The notes under the pieces were generated by a model. It was not told the DNA's origin and made no database searches. It saw only the letters and a list, made by a program, of their open reading frames with translations. From NCBI GenBank assembly GCA_027604505.1, contig JADIIX010000057.1, positions 1-64,000 on the forward strand: 64,000 nucleotides of DNA, in the 5' to 3' direction. This DNA comes from Gonapodya sp. JEL0774. Lineage: Eukaryota. Of this stretch, positions 61,446 to 64,000 are shown in pieces. Positions within the stretch are counted from its first letter, which is position 1. The number at the start of each line of letters is the position of its first letter. The position numbers and the translations under genes are program-made.

Positions 61446-64000
61446 CTACCTCCCACCAGACGCTGCCCTCGCCCTCGATTCAGCGACCAACTGCGCCCTT
61501 GTCTTGTACTCCCCTGAACCAGAAGACGACCCTGGTGTGCTCGTAGTCGCCGTTGTGCCAGTGGCTTGTGGGTAAGTTGGACGAGATCCGGGAGGGGGTG
61601 GGTGAGAAGGAGGAGGAGGGTGTGAGGGCGGAGGGGGAGCGGTGTATCCACCAGAGGTATACTGCGGATAACTTTGGTACGTAGGTGAGGTAGGATACGT
61701 GGTTGGGGACGAGTAGCTCTGCTGTGCCGGGTACGAAGGGTGAGAGGGGTACGTTGGCTGATTCGCATAAGTTGGTTGAGACGGGTAGGTCGGTTGGGTT
61801 GGGTAGGTCGGTTGAGTTGGGTACATCGGCTGTCCCGAAGAGTGTCTGGGCGAGGGCAAGTTTGGCAGATTTGGGTAAGGCATTCCGCCTCCTGAACTTG
61901 ACGTTCTCGGCGAGTGCCCAGAAGGGTAAGCCCCAGTACCTGCCAAATTCGTGTTGGACCCGCTAGGGCTCGGATTCGCACTGTTCTGGCTGCTTCCGCC
62001 CCCAGTCGCGGCAGCACGTAGGGCACGCGCTTCAGCTTGCAGCTGGGCAGTGGTCTTGTAACCGCCGTCAGAATGAACAGAAACATTTTCCGATTTGCCT
62101 CCCGGCATTGGGGTGCCCGGTCCAGATGTCGAAGGAGACGCGGGACCTGAGCCCGATTGAGCCGCTTTGGCAGCTCGTGCTTCGGCTTGAATTTGTGCTG
62201 TGGTTTTGCCGACGGCAATAATCGGAGTAGGATCAGATCCGCGGTGGCGTCCCATAGATCGCATCTGTTCAGTGGTCATGTACTCGCCAGAACCGGATGT
62301 CGGTGTGGTAGGCACGTCGCTCGAAGACCGAGCGACAGCATATGGCGGTTGCGGCGGTCCTAATGGCGCTTTCGGACCAGAAGCGGCCTCCGAAGCTGAT
62401 GGCATGGCCGAAACACGGCGTGGGGGAACATTTTCGCTTGTCAAAACTTTTCCTGGTCCGTGACTGCGATTGTAATCGTGACTGGAATGGACCCTTGGAG
62501 GAGGGTCGCCAGCCGAAGTGTGACTTGGCTGCGGCCTTGGAGGAAGATCTGAAGACCGTTGTGGAGAATCTCCTTGCGAGTGCCTACTAGAAACCGACGG
62601 CCGCTCTGAGGGAGTTCCACTGGGCGATGGCACAGTGGATGGTGAATTTGCACCATCTGTGGGCATGGGCGGCCGTTCTGGAAGAGAAGATCCAACAGAA
62701 CTAAGCTGCGTATGTTGATTTGGAGATGAGACACGGGACGGTGAACTGGTGCCATTGGCAGGAACGGTTGAAGAAACCCCAGTTCGATTTCCCAAAGAAG
62801 GGGATCCAGATCTTTGCACTTCCTCGGAGGCTTCCACTGACGGTCTTGATGACATTCTTGGCCGAGGCTGTCCTGCTTGTGAAGATTCCGGGTTATTTCT
62901 GTGGGAACTCTGATCAACTGAATTTGAAGATCGTGCTAGGTCGATTGCTACGATAGGTACCACGTCAGCAGGTGCCGTTTTTTCTTCACCAAATGGTAGC
63001 ATAAAGGAAGCAGTCTGAAGCTCTGCAGTTGTGGGTGTTGCAACCTTGTGAGGAAGCCTGGGCACCGGACTTGGGGAAGAAGGTTTCAAGACAGCGCCCG
63101 CACCAGCTGATGCGGTACGTTGGGCCGAAGTGGGAAGTACCGCTGCTCCAGCCGGTACCGATGCTGAGAGCTCTCGATTGGTGATGGAGGCGCGTTCGGG
63201 TGGGGTTCCAATTTTCTCTGGCGGAGGTACTGCGCTCGATGCGAGCGCATGTTTCGGGGCTGAGGGTTTGGAAATGACTTTGACGACATCCAGATCCAAG
63301 TCATCGAGCAGAGGATTCGAAATTCCAGACGACTGAGCTTGAGCTGCCTCCAGTCCGCTTGAAGATTGCTGCGACGCCTCCGATCCACGTCTGGAAGCCT
63401 CCTGCATTTGGGCAGTAGTTCGTGCACCAGGAAGGGTCAATGGTTTTGTCACAACGGGAGCTTCCCGAACACCTGAAAGATCCGCTTTCCGTTTTGCTTC
63501 GGCAAGTGCGGCAGCCTCTTGGGCTTTTTTTGCATCGAATTCTCTTTGTGCTTGTTTTGCTTTCTCCTCCGCCTCCTTTAGAAGTTCCGGTGCTCGTTCA
63601 TCCATCACAGAAAGTAGAAGATCACGAACGCGTCGCCAAGCAGTACTTTCAATGTCACTCCATTCAAATCCGTATTTTATGCCATTCACTAGGGACAAAA
63701 CGCTTGGACAATCAGATGATGGTCATATCCCACAGAAGACTAACTCACCGTCACAAAGCATCAGGGAACGGAATACATTTAAACCCTCCAAGGCGCACTC
63801 TGCAACTTTCTTTCTGCGCATCGCTAAATCTTCAGCTTCCTTCTTCTTGTCTGATGTTCCGAAAAAACTCAGATAATTGTAACCCGAACTCTGACTCCAT
63901 TTTTCGAGGCCTTCCTTCAGCCCATCGGAAACGTTTCGAGTAATCGTGTTGTAAAAGTGAATAACGAGAAGATTAGGGGGCACTTCGATGGAATCTTCAT
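61446..64000 (-). CDS. Munc13-like MUN protein, paralog D (3' part only; 5' part beyond the window), with a ~700-aa low-complexity C-terminal tail
   Basis: PNLLVIHFYNTI…GLEKWS…RKKVAECALEGLNVFRSLMLCD-VNGIKYGFEWSDIESTAWRRVRDLL aligns with paralog B PNFIILHVWNQV…AIKKWS…RKLGVANCLWEAVEVLKALFYCE-VDDVRYGFDICQLETDSYKRMKSWI. Confidence 0.78.

Overview
Intron-rich, GC-rich fungal DNA. A clear DRC3/LRRC48 axonemal gene and a putative flagellar microtubule-inner protein point to a zoosporic (chytrid-type) fungus; this is an inference and the taxon is not determined. About 17 spliced protein-coding genes can be reconstructed. The main observation is a cluster of four very divergent Munc13/Unc13-like (MUN + C2) genes at 14.6-19.6 kb (-), 37.1-44.7 kb (+), 50.1-57.2 kb (-) and 61.4 kb to the window end (-). 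They share motifs and a phase-1 intron at the same aligned codon, but each has a different low-complexity extension. The second is a secreted chimera at 47.6-49.9 kb that fuses bacterial-type 'EFxVN...Q..P...FVVxW' repeats to a thrombospondin-1 domain and a C-type lectin-like domain. Other genes are a ~1560-aa divergent PP1 glycogen-targeting/CBM21-like protein, an F-box-like/LRR protein, an MPPED-type metallophosphoesterase, a Shisa-like PPxY membrane protein not shown as one ORF in the track, a stand-alone VWA5A-type C-terminal domain, a 7TM GPCR-like protein, an MCT-family MFS transporter, a Cys-repeat/TM/SH3 receptor-like protein, a RING-CH E3 ligase, a type II membrane chitin deacetylase and mitochondrial uL30m. 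All family calls come from recognising motifs by eye, with no searches run. Exon boundaries are manual predictions. No rRNA, tRNA, CRISPR array or intact transposon was recognised.
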